Positions 41,651-51,119 of a DNA stretch of 64,000 nucleotides are shown here, piece by piece. The stretch spans positions 52,813 to 116,812 of the forward strand of contig CAWDLZ010000017.1 of assembly GCA_963803265.1 (NCBI GenBank), in the 5' to 3' direction. The translations under genes were made by a program, and so were the position numbers. Positions within the stretch are counted from its first letter, which is position 1, and the number at the start of each line of letters is the position of its first letter. The stretch comes from an uncultured Alphaproteobacteria bacterium. GTDB taxonomy: Bacteria > Pseudomonadota > Alphaproteobacteria > ATCC43930 > CGMCC-115725. The notes under the pieces are model-generated. The model had not been told where the DNA came from. It made no database searches and was given only the letters and a program-made list of their open reading frames with translations.

Positions 41651-43357
41651 CTAATGCCGCAGCAGCGACACGAGCAGCGCCAGCGCTAGCGCCGCGGCGA
41701 TGCCCTGCCAAAATCGCACAGGGTACCGTTCATAAAGCGTCAGCGGCCGGCGGACCGCGGCCGGGGCGCGCGCTGGCCCCGCCTCCATCTCGAGCGCGAA
41801 TTCGGTCATGTCGTGAAAGCGCTCAGCTGGGTCGGTCGCGATCGCGCGCCCGAGCGTAGCCTGGAGCCACGCCGGCAGATCCGGACGCAAAAGCGAAAAC
41901 TCCTTTGGCCGGTCCCGTCGCGGCAGGCTGGTGGCATCGGCATTGCCATAGGGAAACTCGCCGGTGAAGGCGCGGAATAGGGTGACGCCCAGGGCATAGA
42001 TGTCGGTGGCCTCGTTGCCAGGTTCGCCGCCGAGCATTTCCGGCGCCATGTAGGCGGGGGTGCCGGGAATGTCCTCGGGCGGGAAATCCTCCATCCCGGG
42101 CACGCGGACCACGCCGAGATCGATCAGCTTCAGCGACCCGTTGCCTTCGAGGATCACGTTGTCGGGCTTGATGTCGCGGTGGATGATGCCGGTGCGGTGC
42201 AGCGCCGCGACCGCCCGGGCCAGCTTGATCGCGATATTCCGTCCTTCCTCCAGAGCGAGCGACGGCCGGCGCGTCAGCCGGGTTTCCAGCAGCTCGCCCT
42301 GGTAGAGCGGCATGACGGTGTAGAGGCAGGTCTGCCGCCCCGGCGGCAGCTCGATGATTCGACCGAGCCAAGGGCTGCTGACGCGTACCCCGACCCATGC
42401 CTCGCGGACGAAGGCGGCGTGATAGGTGGCCACGGCGGCGACTTGGGGCTTAGGGAACTTCAGAGCGACCTCGCCGCCCTCGATCTCGTCCTCCGCGCCG
42501 AATAGACGCGTGTAGCGGCCATCGGAAAGCAGCGCTTTGAGCACGAACCCGTCGATCGTCTCTCCGCCTTGCGGCACCGCGATCAGCGGCAATTGCTGGA
42601 TGGCGCTGCCGATATCAGCCAATTCCGCCGTCGGCAGGCCAACCACGTCCAGCACCAGCGCGGTACAATTATCGGTGCTGCCCGATTCCAGCGCGGCCGC
42701 AACCAGGGCGCGGGCGCTATCCCCGGGAGCCGAGCGCTCGCGCAAGATGTCGGCGATGCTCTCATCGGTCAGGACCCCATGGACGCCGTCGCTGCACAAG
42801 AGAAAGCGGTCATGCAACGCCACGGTCTGGCTCGCGTAGTCGAGACGCACCTCGGCCTCGATGCCCAGCGCGCGGTAGAGGATGCGCCGCCGACCGGCGC
42901 TATCCTCGCGCACATGGTCGCTAGTCAGGCAGGTCAGGCGACCGCCGCTTAGCCGATAGGCGCGCGTGTCTCCGACATGCAACAGATGAGCGATGCGGCC
43001 GCGCAGCACGAGCGCGGTGAAAGTGCAGCCCATCCCCGCCAGCGCGGGGTCCCGGTGACCCATGGACTGGATCCAACCATTGAGCGCGTCCACGATCGTG
43101 GCCGCCGCGCGGCGCACTTCCATGGTCTCGGGCAGGTCGCAAAATCCGTCGAGAAAGCCGCGCACCGCGGTCTCGGCCGCCACCCGGCCGCCCTTTGCGC
43201 CGCCAATTCCGTCGGCGATCGCCGCCACAACGTCGCGGCGCGGCTCGGGTAGCTCCGCGCCGAAAACAGCGCCGACGAAATCTTCGTTGCGCTGGCGCGG
43301 CCCGGTTTCCGAAGCGAACCCGACACTTGCCTTGACGCCGGCAAAACCCTCAACCAT
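41651..43357 (-). CDS. Bifunctional PP2C-type protein phosphatase / Ser-Thr protein kinase with C-terminal membrane anchor
   Basis: 568 aa. PP2C motifs (RQRNEDF, ADGIGG, STDNCTALVL). Hanks kinase motifs (VALKFP, HRDIKPDN, DLG, GTPAYMAPE). Terminal TM helix FWQGIAAALALALLVSLL. Confidence 0.85.
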   Translation of the reverse strand: MVEGFAGVKASVGFASETGPRQRNEDFVGAVFGAELPEPRRDVVAAIADGIGGAKGGRVAAETAVRGFLDGFCDLPETMEVRRAAATIVDALNGWIQSMGHRDPALAGMGCTFTALVLRGRIAHLLHVGDTRAYRLSGGRLTCLTSDHVREDSAGRRRILYRALGIEAEVRLDYASQTVALHDRFLLCSDGVHGVLTDESIADILRERSAPGDSARALVAAALESGSTDNCTALVLDVVGLPTAELADIGSAIQQLPLIAVPQGGETIDGFVLKALLSDGRYTRLFGAEDEIEGGEVALKFPKPQVAAVATYHAAFVREAWVGVRVSSPWLGRIIELPPGRQTCLYTVMPLYQGELLETRLTRRPSLALEEGRNIAIKLARAVAALHRTGIIHRDIKPDNVILEGNGSLKLIDLGVVRVPGMEDFPPEDIPGTPAYMAPEMLGGEPGNEATDIYALGVTLFRAFTGEFPYGNADATSLPRRDRPKEFSLLRPDLPAWLQATLGRAIATDPAERFHDMTEFALEMEAGPARAPAAVRRPLTLYERYPVRFWQGIAAALALALLVSLLRH

Positions 43358-43413
43358 CGCCAGCGCTCCGATTCCGCCGGGCCGCTTGCCGCCCGGATCG
43401 CGGCTTCAATTCT

Positions 43414-43749
43414 TCAACCTGAATTCTCTAACTTGCATCGATCAAAGAGGAAATAGCCGCCGGTACTGGACGCGACGATCACCGTGAGCGCCCCGGATCT
43501 GCGGTCAAGCGTATAGTTTCCGCCGTCCTTGGCCTCATGCCAAGAAATCTTCGCGTCGCTGATGCGCGCCGGATTGGCGTCAACGGTGCCCTTGTCGTAG
43601 TCGATCATGATCTGCCAACTCGCGCCGCTGGCCGGATTGGTGCAGGTAATCGCGGTCTCCCCCGGCTGCGCCTGAGCGGTAATGGCGAGTACGGCCATGC
43701 CGGCTGCCAACGCAGCAACTCGCGGCGCGAGCGGCCGAGTCAGGAACAT
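43414..43749 (-). CDS. Small secreted hypothetical protein
   Basis: 111 aa. Signal peptide (AALAAGMAVLAITAQA) and two Cys. On the same strand immediately upstream of the kinase/phosphatase gene. Lower GC. Confidence 0.6.
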   Translation of the reverse strand: MFLTRPLAPRVAALAAGMAVLAITAQAQPGETAITCTNPASGASWQIMIDYDKGTVDANPARISDAKISWHEAKDGGNYTLDRRSGALTVIVASSTGGYFLFDRCKLENSG

Positions 43750-43959
43750 GGTCGCCTCGGCATGGTCATGACCCGATTGATAGCCAATTCCCGCAGGCTT
43801 GCAAAGAATGTCGCACGAAGAGCGGGAAATGGCCGCCGGTTAATCCTGATCGCCTAATTTGGGCTCAGAATGCCAATTTTATAATCATTGCGTTCGAAGA
43901 GCGCCAATCCGGTCCAGATGGGAGCGTGGCTTTGGCCGGCCATCCGGCTAGCTCGCGCG

Positions 43960-43975
43960 TGGCATAGCTCTTGCG
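43960..43975 (+). promoter_or_regulatory. Sigma-54 (-24/-12) type promoter upstream of amt
   Basis: TGGCATAGCTCTTGCG matches TGGCAC-N5-TTGCW with correct GG/GC spacing, 108 nt upstream of the amt ATG. I could not see a convincing NtrC enhancer. Confidence 0.45.
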
Positions 43976-44082
43976 TAAATTCAGCCGGCGTTCATACCCG
44001 GGGTCATGCGGTCCTGTGCCATAGGCACGCGGATTTGGTGCTGCCTTCGGGAAGGTCAACAGCGATAAGAGGGGGTAAATTC

Positions 44083-45405
44083 ATGGCACTGGTACCATCA
44101 CCTCAATGGCTCGATACCGGGGACAATGCATGGCAATTGGCAGCCGCGACTTTCGTTGGCTTACAAAGCATTCCCGGGTTGGCGGTTCTCTACGGCGGCG
44201 TCGTCAAGAAGAAATGGGCGATCAACTCGGCCTTTATGTCAATCTACGCCTTTGCATCGGTCTTAGTCGTCTGGATTCTATTCGATTACAACATGGCTTT
44301 CGGCCCGCAATGGTTCCCGTTTCTAGGCATGCCTGGCCTGGCGGTTTCGGCTGCGTTCACCACCGGTCAAGCAACAATTCCCGCGGCAGCCTCGGGTATG
44401 CCGCCCCTCGCCTTCCCGATGGCGACCCTGGTGTTCTTCCAATTCGTGTTTGCCGCAATCACGGTGATCATTCTCGGTGGGTCGGTTCTCGGCCGCATGA
44501 GCTTCAGGGCTTGGGCGATCTTTTGCCCGGTGTGGATGACCCTCGTTTATACGGTGGGGGCGTTCAGCCTGTGGGGTGGCGGCTGGCTCGCCAGCATGGG
44601 TGCGGCAGACTTCTCGGGCGGCTACGTCATCCATCTCGCCGCCGGCACCTCCGGATTCGTCGCGGCGGCGATGGTCGGGCCGCGCTTGCAGGCGGATCGC
44701 GAGCATTTCCCGCCCAATAGCCTGCTGGTCACCTTGATCGGTGCCGGCATCCTTTGGCTGGGTTGGAACGGCTTCAACGGCGGCGACCCCTATTTCGCCA
44801 ATGCTGATGCCGGCGCGGCGGTGCTGAATACCAATACCGCCACTGCAGTCGCTTTGCTCGTGTGGACGCTGATGGACAAGATGGCCTATGGCAAGCCGTC
44901 GATCATCGGCGCGGTCAACGGCATGATCGCGGGCCTCGTCGCCATCACCCCAGGTGCCGGCTACGTCGACGGCTGGGGCGCGATCATCATTGGCGTGTGC
45001 GCCGGGATCATTCCGTGGTTCTGCATGAACAAGATCCAGAAGACCAAGCTGATGATGAAGGTGGACGACACCTTGAGCGTGTTCTCGACCCATGGCTGCG
45101 CCGGCCTGATGGGCGGTCTGCTGGTGGGCATCCTGGCCAACCCGAACATGATCGAATATGTCGGCACCGACAAGGACGCGCCCGGCGTCAGCGTGACCGG
45201 CTGGTTCTTCGGCAACGCGCCGCAGCTCCTGCTTCAGGCCGAGGCTGCGGCGTTCATCATCGTTTACAACATCATCGCCACCTACATCATTCTCAAGGTC
45301 ATTTCGTTCATCACGCCCCTGCGCATGGATGAAGCGACCCTGAAGGTCGGCGACGACGCGGTTCACGGCGAGACCGCCTATGCGATCGGCGTGGAAGGCG
45401 AGTAG
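44083..45405 (+). CDS. amt: Ammonium transporter (Amt/MEP family)
   Basis: 440 aa from MALVPSPQWLDTGDNAWQLAAATFVGLQSIPGLAVLYGGVVKKKWAINSAFM, with SD AAGAGGGGG upstream. Multi-TM with DFSGGYVIHLAAG and a C-terminal HGETAY. A hand-counted 200-nt sample (44083-44282) is about 52 percent G+C. Confidence 0.9.
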   Translation: MALVPSPQWLDTGDNAWQLAAATFVGLQSIPGLAVLYGGVVKKKWAINSAFMSIYAFASVLVVWILFDYNMAFGPQWFPFLGMPGLAVSAAFTTGQATIPAAASGMPPLAFPMATLVFFQFVFAAITVIILGGSVLGRMSFRAWAIFCPVWMTLVYTVGAFSLWGGGWLASMGAADFSGGYVIHLAAGTSGFVAAAMVGPRLQADREHFPPNSLLVTLIGAGILWLGWNGFNGGDPYFANADAGAAVLNTNTATAVALLVWTLMDKMAYGKPSIIGAVNGMIAGLVAITPGAGYVDGWGAIIIGVCAGIIPWFCMNKIQKTKLMMKVDDTLSVFSTHGCAGLMGGLLVGILANPNMIEYVGTDKDAPGVSVTGWFFGNAPQLLLQAEAAAFIIVYNIIATYIILKVISFITPLRMDEATLKVGDDAVHGETAYAIGVEGE

Positions 45406-45469
45406 CCCGATCGGGAACGAGGCTTAACCACCCGAAAGCGGCTGAGCCCGTCCTTCGCGGCTCCAACGA

Positions 45470-45500
45470 GGCCGGGGCGCTTGTCGCCCCGGCCTTTTTT
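45470..45500 (+). terminator. Rho-independent terminator downstream of amt
   Basis: GGCCGGGGCG-cttgt-CGCCCCGGCC followed by TTTTTT. Confidence 0.85.
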
Positions 45501-46004
45501 CTGGTCTGGCCGGGCTATAAGATTTCAGCAGGAATTCGCAATGCGGGTCGAAGCCGAGATCGGAAAGGACGTCCTCGATCCCGCGCTCCACGGCGAATCC
45601 GTCCAGCAAGCGTCTCGACGCAACTCTTTCGTTTGCGATCGCTCGACAAGCCGCCACAAATATAGCGCGCCGCGCGCGACACAATCGGGCGCCGCGAGGC
45701 CCCCCCTTCGCAACGCCGCTGCCGCGCCCCGCTCGCCCCGGAAGGTGCGGGCCGACCAGCATGCGGGCGAGGAACGACGCAATGTCCCGCTTCGTGCGGT
45801 CGGGGAGGCCCCGCGGCCCCAGGATGTGCCGCTGTGAGAGGTTCGGGAAATTCCTTACCGATGTGGCTTCGCGAGCGCACCGCAGCCAATAGAGGCGCGC
45901 AAAACTTTGCATACTATATACTGAAAAAAATGTCGCGTCGTGACGCTTGGCGAGGGCGAAACGCGCGCCTATCATCTTAGCGTTGTCTACCCGTGGCTTA
46001 GACG

Positions 46005-47210
46005 GTGGCTTTATACTTGTCTCTAAATCCACGCCTTGAACAGCTCGCCGATAACCCGTTCTCCAAGCTCCACAAGCTTTTTGACGGGGTGCAGCCGCGC
46101 TCGAACGAGCCCGTCATTGCGATGGCGGTGGGCGAGCCGCAGCACGAGCCACCGCCGATGCTGGCGCGCATCCTTGCCGAGAAGGCCGAGCTTTGGAATC
46201 GCTATCCGCCGCCGGCTGGCACCCCGGAATACCGCGCCGCGGCGGCGCGCTGGCTCGCCCGCCGCTATCGCCTGCCCGAGGGGATGGTGACGGGCGAGCG
46301 TCACGTCTTGGTGGTCAATGGCACCAAGGAAGCGCTGTTTCTTGCCCCCCAAATGGCGGTGCCGCAAGAAAAGGCCGGCGAGGCGCCGACCGTGCTCATG
46401 CCCAACCCCTATTACAATGTGTATAATGGTGGGGCGTTTCTGGCCGGGGCCGAGCCGATCTATCTCGATTGCACCAAGGAGACCGGCTTTCTGCCGGATC
46501 TCGATGCCATTCCTGAGCCCTTGCTTCGACGCTGCGCGCTGTTTTACCTGTGCAGCCCGGCGAACCCGCAGGGCGCGATCGCCGACCTAGCCTACCTGAC
46601 CAAAATGATTGCGCTGGCGCGGGCTTATGATTTCGTGCTCGCCGTTGACGAGTGCTATTGCGAGATCTACGACCGCGCGGCGCCGCCGGGCGCCCTCGAG
46701 GCCTGCGCGGCGCAAGGCGGCAGGCTCGATCAGGTCTTGGTATTTCACTCGCTTTCGAAGCGTTCCAGCGCCGCCGGCTTGCGCTGCGGGTTCGTTGCCG
46801 GGGACGCGCGTCTCATCGAGCGCTTCGGGCACCTACGCTCCTATGCCGGCGCTCAGGTACCGCTTCCGGTGCAGGAAGCGGCGATCGCGCTGTGGGGCGA
46901 GGAAACCCATGTCGAGACGAACCGCGCCTTGTATCGCCGCAAATTCGACATCGCCGAAAGCGTGCTCGGCGGGCGGTTCGGCTTCTACCGGCCTGCCGGC
47001 GGGTTCTTCCTGTGGCTCGATGTCGGCGACGGCGAGAAAGCGGCGCTGGCGCTCCGGCGCGATGCGGCCCTGCGCGCCCTGCCCGGCGCCTACACCGCGC
47101 GCACCAATCCCGGCCGGGAAAATCCCGGCCAGCGCTATATCCGGATCGCGCTGGTTCATGATGATGCCACGGTCGAGGCAGGCCTGCGACGCCTGCTCCG
47201 CGTGCTTTGA
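46005..47210 (+). CDS. Class I/II PLP-dependent aminotransferase (succinyldiaminopimelate transaminase DapC-like)
   Basis: 401 aa. LNPRLEQLADNPFSKL N-terminus, NPYYNVY and SLSKRSSAAGLRCG (PLP lysine). A TTG start at 46017 is equally possible. Confidence 0.75.
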   Translation: MALYLSLNPRLEQLADNPFSKLHKLFDGVQPRSNEPVIAMAVGEPQHEPPPMLARILAEKAELWNRYPPPAGTPEYRAAAARWLARRYRLPEGMVTGERHVLVVNGTKEALFLAPQMAVPQEKAGEAPTVLMPNPYYNVYNGGAFLAGAEPIYLDCTKETGFLPDLDAIPEPLLRRCALFYLCSPANPQGAIADLAYLTKMIALARAYDFVLAVDECYCEIYDRAAPPGALEACAAQGGRLDQVLVFHSLSKRSSAAGLRCGFVAGDARLIERFGHLRSYAGAQVPLPVQEAAIALWGEETHVETNRALYRRKFDIAESVLGGRFGFYRPAGGFFLWLDVGDGEKAALALRRDAALRALPGAYTARTNPGRENPGQRYIRIALVHDDATVEAGLRRLLRVL

Positions 47211-47234
47211 TGCGATCGAAAGGCGAGGAATAGC

Positions 47235-49632
47235 ATGGCGACCATCACCGAGAGCGGCCGCAAATACGCCCCGACGCAATCCCACCCTTGGCGGCGCTTT
47301 TTCAGCGTCGCTATGGCCCTTGCGCTGATTGTCGGCGGGCTTTGGATCGCGGCAGCGCTCGCGACCCATGATCGCGGCGACCCGTCGTGGAACCAGTCGA
47401 TCAGCGCCATAGCTAAGAACGCAATGGGGATGCCCGGCGCGCAAGTCTCGGATGCGCTCCTGCAGTGGCTCGGGCTGGCGGCCTGGCTGCTGCCTTTTGC
47501 GATGATCGACTGGGGCGTCCGGCTTGGCCTCGGGCGCGGCCTCAAGCGCTTCTGGCTTAAGCCGATCGTGCTGCCGGTCCTGGTGCCGGCGACCGCGCTC
47601 GCGATCTCGATTCTACCGCGGCCGGCAAGCTGGCCGCTCGAAGCCGGGCTCGGCGGCGCCATCGGCAAGCTCGCCCGCGACGGCTTTGCGCATATCAACG
47701 TGGCACCGCCGCTCTCTGCGATGGCCGCCGCCGCAGTGGTCGCGCTGCTGCTGATCTACCTCACCGGCCGGAAGTTCACGAGCGCCGGCACCGTCGCATC
47801 CGAAAAGCGTCCCTATGTGCGCCCCGGCAAAATCGTTCCTGAGACGCCAGACGAGGGCGATACCGTGGCCACTGCAAAGCCTGGTCTTCTGGCGCGCGTC
47901 GCGCTGCTGGCGTCGTGGCGGCGTCGCGACAGGGCGTGGGACGATACGGCGCGGCGGCACGAGCCGCGGCTCGGGGCGCCGCCTCTCGTCGGCGAGGGCG
48001 GCGACGACGATGCCGACGGCATCAAGCTGCCGGCGCGGCGCGCGGCCACGGTCGACATGCCGCGGCGCGCGAAAAGTCGGGAGAAGCAGCGCCAGGCGCT
48101 GCTCGATCTGGGGCCGGCGGGCGAGCACCTGCTGCCGCCCTTGGAGCTTCTCAACGAGGTGCCGCCCTCGCGCTTTGCCCAAATCAGCGAGGAAGCGCTG
48201 CAGCAGAACGCGCGCCTGCTCGAAACCGTGCTCGCCGATTTCGGCGTCCAGGGGCAAATCGTCAAAGTGCGTCCAGGGCCGGTGGTGGCCCTTTACGAGC
48301 TTGAGCCCGCGCCCGGCATCAAGGCGTCGCGCGTGATCGGCCTGGCCGACGACATCGCGCGCTCGATGAGCGCTCTCTCGGCGCGCGTTGCCGTCATTCC
48401 CGGCCGCAACGTCATCGGCATCGAATTGCCCAACGCGCGCGCGCGAAACCGTCTATCTGCGCGAGCTGTTGGCGTCCGAGGATTACGAGCGCACGGCGGC
48501 CAAGCTGGCGCTTGTCCTCGGCAAGGATATCGGCGGCACGCCGACCATCGCCGACCTCGCGCGCATGCCGCATCTGCTGATCGCTGGCACGACGGGTTCG
48601 GGCAAGTCGGTCGGCATCAACACGATGGTGCTGTCGATCCTCTACCGGATGCCGCCGGATCAGTGCAAATTCATCATGATCGACCCGAAGATGCTGGAGC
48701 TCTCGGTCTATGATGGAATTCCGCATCTCCTGGCGCCGGTCGTGACCGATGCCAGGAAGGCCGTGGTCGCGCTCAAATGGACGGTGCGCGAAATGGAAAA
48801 CCGCTATCGCGCCATGTCGAAGCTCGGGGTGCGGAACATCGAAGGATACAACCAGCGCCTCGTCGAGGCGAAATCGCGCGGCGAGATCGCTGAGGCGCCG
48901 CGTGCAGACCGGGTTCGACGAGGAGACCGGCAGTCCGATCTTCGAGGAGCAGCCCCTCGGCCTCGACGGCGCTGCCGCTCATCGTCGTGGTCGTCGACGA
49001 GATGGCGGATCTGATGCTGGTCGCGGGCAAGGATATCGAGGCTGCGGTGCAGCGCTTGGCGCAGATGGCGCGCGCCGCCGGCATCCACATCGTGATGGCG
49101 ACGCAGCGCCCCTCGGTCGATGTCATCACCGGCACCATCAAGGCGAATTTCCCGACCCGGATCAGCTTCCAGGTGACTTCGAAGATCGACAGCCGCACCA
49201 TCCTCGGCGATGCTGGCGCCGAGCAGCTGCTCGGGCGCGGCGACATGCTCTACATGGCGGGCGGCGGGCGCATCACCCGCGTTCACGGCCCGTTCGTCTC
49301 CGACGAAGAGGTCGAGCGCGTGGTGCGCTTCTTGAAGGAGAATGGCGGTCCGCCCACCTATGTCGAAGAGGTGACCGAGGACGAGGACGATCTGCCGGAT
49401 CCTGGATTCGGCGGCGAGTCCGACGCCTCGGGCGATCAGCTCTACGATCAGGCGGTGGCGCTCGTATGCCGCGAGCGCAAGGCATCGACGAGCTTCGTCC
49501 AGCGCCATCTGCAGATCGGCTACAACCGCGCCGCGCGGATTATCGAGCGCATGGAAACCGAAGGCGTCGTCGAGCGCCGCGAACCATGTCGGCAAGCGCG
49601 AGGTGCTCGGCCGCAACATCGATGAGAGATGA
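47235..49632 (+). pseudogene. ftsK: DNA translocase FtsK, four frameshifts (probably sequence errors)
   Basis: N-terminal TM region, then VRPGPVVALYELEPAPGIKASRV...IELPNAR / [10 protein letters not shown]...[18 protein letters not shown] (Walker A)...SRGEI / [24 protein letters not shown] / [15 protein letters not shown]...[18 protein letters not shown]...METEGVV / [19 protein letters not shown]. Shifts at about 48435-48445, 48887-48895, 48968-48971 and 49572. Length is 2398 nt = 3n+1. Confidence 0.9.
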
Positions 49633-50288
49633 AGAATTTTTTGGCCACCCAGAAGTTTTCGCGCCGCTGGATTCTCGCCTTGGCGCCGGCGCTCGCTTTG
49701 CTGCCGCTCGCCCCACGGCTTGCGCGCGCCGCGCTGTCGAGCGAAGACGCCGGCGATGTCGAGCGGATCCAGGATTACCTCAACAACATCCGCACCCTGC
49801 AATCGCGCTTCGAGCAGGTCGCGGGCGATGGCGGAATCGCCACCGGCACGATCTATCTCTCGCGCCCGGGCCATATGCGGGTCGAATACGATCCGCCGGT
49901 GCCGATCCTCCTGGTCGCGACCGAGGGGCGCATCTGGTACTACGACAAGCAGCTCCAACAGGTCAGTTTCTTCGCCCTGCAAGACACGCCGGCCTGGTTC
50001 CTGCTTCAGGACAACGTCAGTTTCGGCGGCGACATCATGGTGAATAATCTAGAGCGTGGTCCCGACGTCTTGCGCGTCACCGCAAGCGAGACCAAGAACC
50101 CCGATCTCGGCACCGCCACCCTCGTGTTCAGCGACCGCCCGCTCGAGCTGCGCAAATGGCAGATTCTCGACGCGCAGAAAAAGACCGTGACGGTGACGCT
50201 CGACGATCCGCACTACGGCGCGCCGCTCAACCCCGATCTTTTCTACTGGACCGATCCGCGTCCGCCCGCCGACCGTGACGGCGGCTGA
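49629..50288 (+). CDS. lolA: Outer-membrane lipoprotein carrier protein LolA
   Basis: 219 aa. Signal peptide, then IQDYLNNIRTLQSRFEQV...GTIYLSRPGHMRVEYDPP. ATGA overlap with the ftsK stop; ftsK-lolA order is conserved. Confidence 0.8.
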   Translation: MKNFLATQKFSRRWILALAPALALLPLAPRLARAALSSEDAGDVERIQDYLNNIRTLQSRFEQVAGDGGIATGTIYLSRPGHMRVEYDPPVPILLVATEGRIWYYDKQLQQVSFFALQDTPAWFLLQDNVSFGGDIMVNNLERGPDVLRVTASETKNPDLGTATLVFSDRPLELRKWQILDAQKKTVTVTLDDPHYGAPLNPDLFYWTDPRPPADRDGG

Positions 50289-50298
50289 GCGTCGGTCG

Positions 50299-51099
50299 AT
50301 GTCGATCATGGCGCAAGAAACCGCAGGCTCGGCACCGCTCGCCGTCATCGCCGTCCAGTGCTGTCGGCGCGAGATCGTGACGCCGACGGGGCCGCATCCC
50401 GCTCATGCGGTGGTGACGAAATACATCGATGCAGTGGTCGGAGGTGCCGGCGGCTTGCCGCTGCTCGTGCCCGCCGAGGGCGGTGCCGATGCCGCCGAGG
50501 CGGTGCTGGCGCGGATCGACGGGCTGCTGGTGCCTGGTTCGCCCTCCAATGTCGAGCCGCATCATTACCGGGGCGCGTCCAATGCGCCCGGCATGCTTCA
50601 CGACCCTGCGCGCGATGCGATCGCGTTGCCGCTCTTGCGCGCAGCAGTGAAGGCCGATCTGCCGGTGCTCGCGATCTGCCGCGGCATTCAGGAACTGAAC
50701 GTCGCCTTGGGCGGCACGCTCCATCCGCAGCTTCACGAGGTTGCCGGGCGGCTCGATCACCGTGCGCCAAAGCTCGACAGCCTCGACGCGCGCTATTCCC
50801 ATCGCGCCCATGGCGTGGAACTGATACCGGGCGGCGTGCTGGAGACGCTCGCGGGCACGCGCAGAATCGCCGTCAACTCGCTCCATAGCCAGGGCATCGA
50901 CCGTCTCGCGGCCGGGCTCACCGTCGAAGCCGTTGCGCCCGATGGCCAGATCGAGGCGGTCTGCGTGGCGGCGGCGAGCTTCGTCGTCGGCGTGCAGTGG
51001 CACCCGGAATTCCGCTTCGCAGAGGATCCGTTTTCGCTGCGGCTGTTCCAGGCCTTCGGCGCGGCCTGCCGCTGCCGCGCGCGAAGCCGTTCCTGCTAG
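50299..51099 (+). CDS. Gamma-glutamyl-gamma-aminobutyrate hydrolase family protein (peptidase C26 / class I glutamine amidotransferase-like)
   Basis: Start at MSIMAQE. PVLAICRGIQELNVALGGTL (nucleophile Cys) and VGVQWHPEF motifs. Confidence 0.8.
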   Translation: MSIMAQETAGSAPLAVIAVQCCRREIVTPTGPHPAHAVVTKYIDAVVGGAGGLPLLVPAEGGADAAEAVLARIDGLLVPGSPSNVEPHHYRGASNAPGMLHDPARDAIALPLLRAAVKADLPVLAICRGIQELNVALGGTLHPQLHEVAGRLDHRAPKLDSLDARYSHRAHGVELIPGGVLETLAGTRRIAVNSLHSQGIDRLAAGLTVEAVAPDGQIEAVCVAAASFVVGVQWHPEFRFAEDPFSLRLFQAFGAACRCRARSRSC

Positions 51100-51119
51100 A
51101 TCGACGTCAGTATCGGCGG

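Noticed and set aside
44024-44040. GCACGCGGATTTGGTGC as an NtrC enhancer for amt.
   Set aside because: The spacing is wrong (GCAC-N9-GTGC rather than the 17-bp TGCACC-N5-GGTGCA type). It also lies downstream of the putative -24/-12 element.
45424-46032. 202-aa minus-strand ORF as a possible integrase or recombinase remnant marking the edge of the amt islet.
   Set aside because: I could not align any tyrosine- or serine-recombinase motif with confidence. The ORF also crosses a terminator hairpin and the next gene's start. It is kept only as an unexplained region in the findings.
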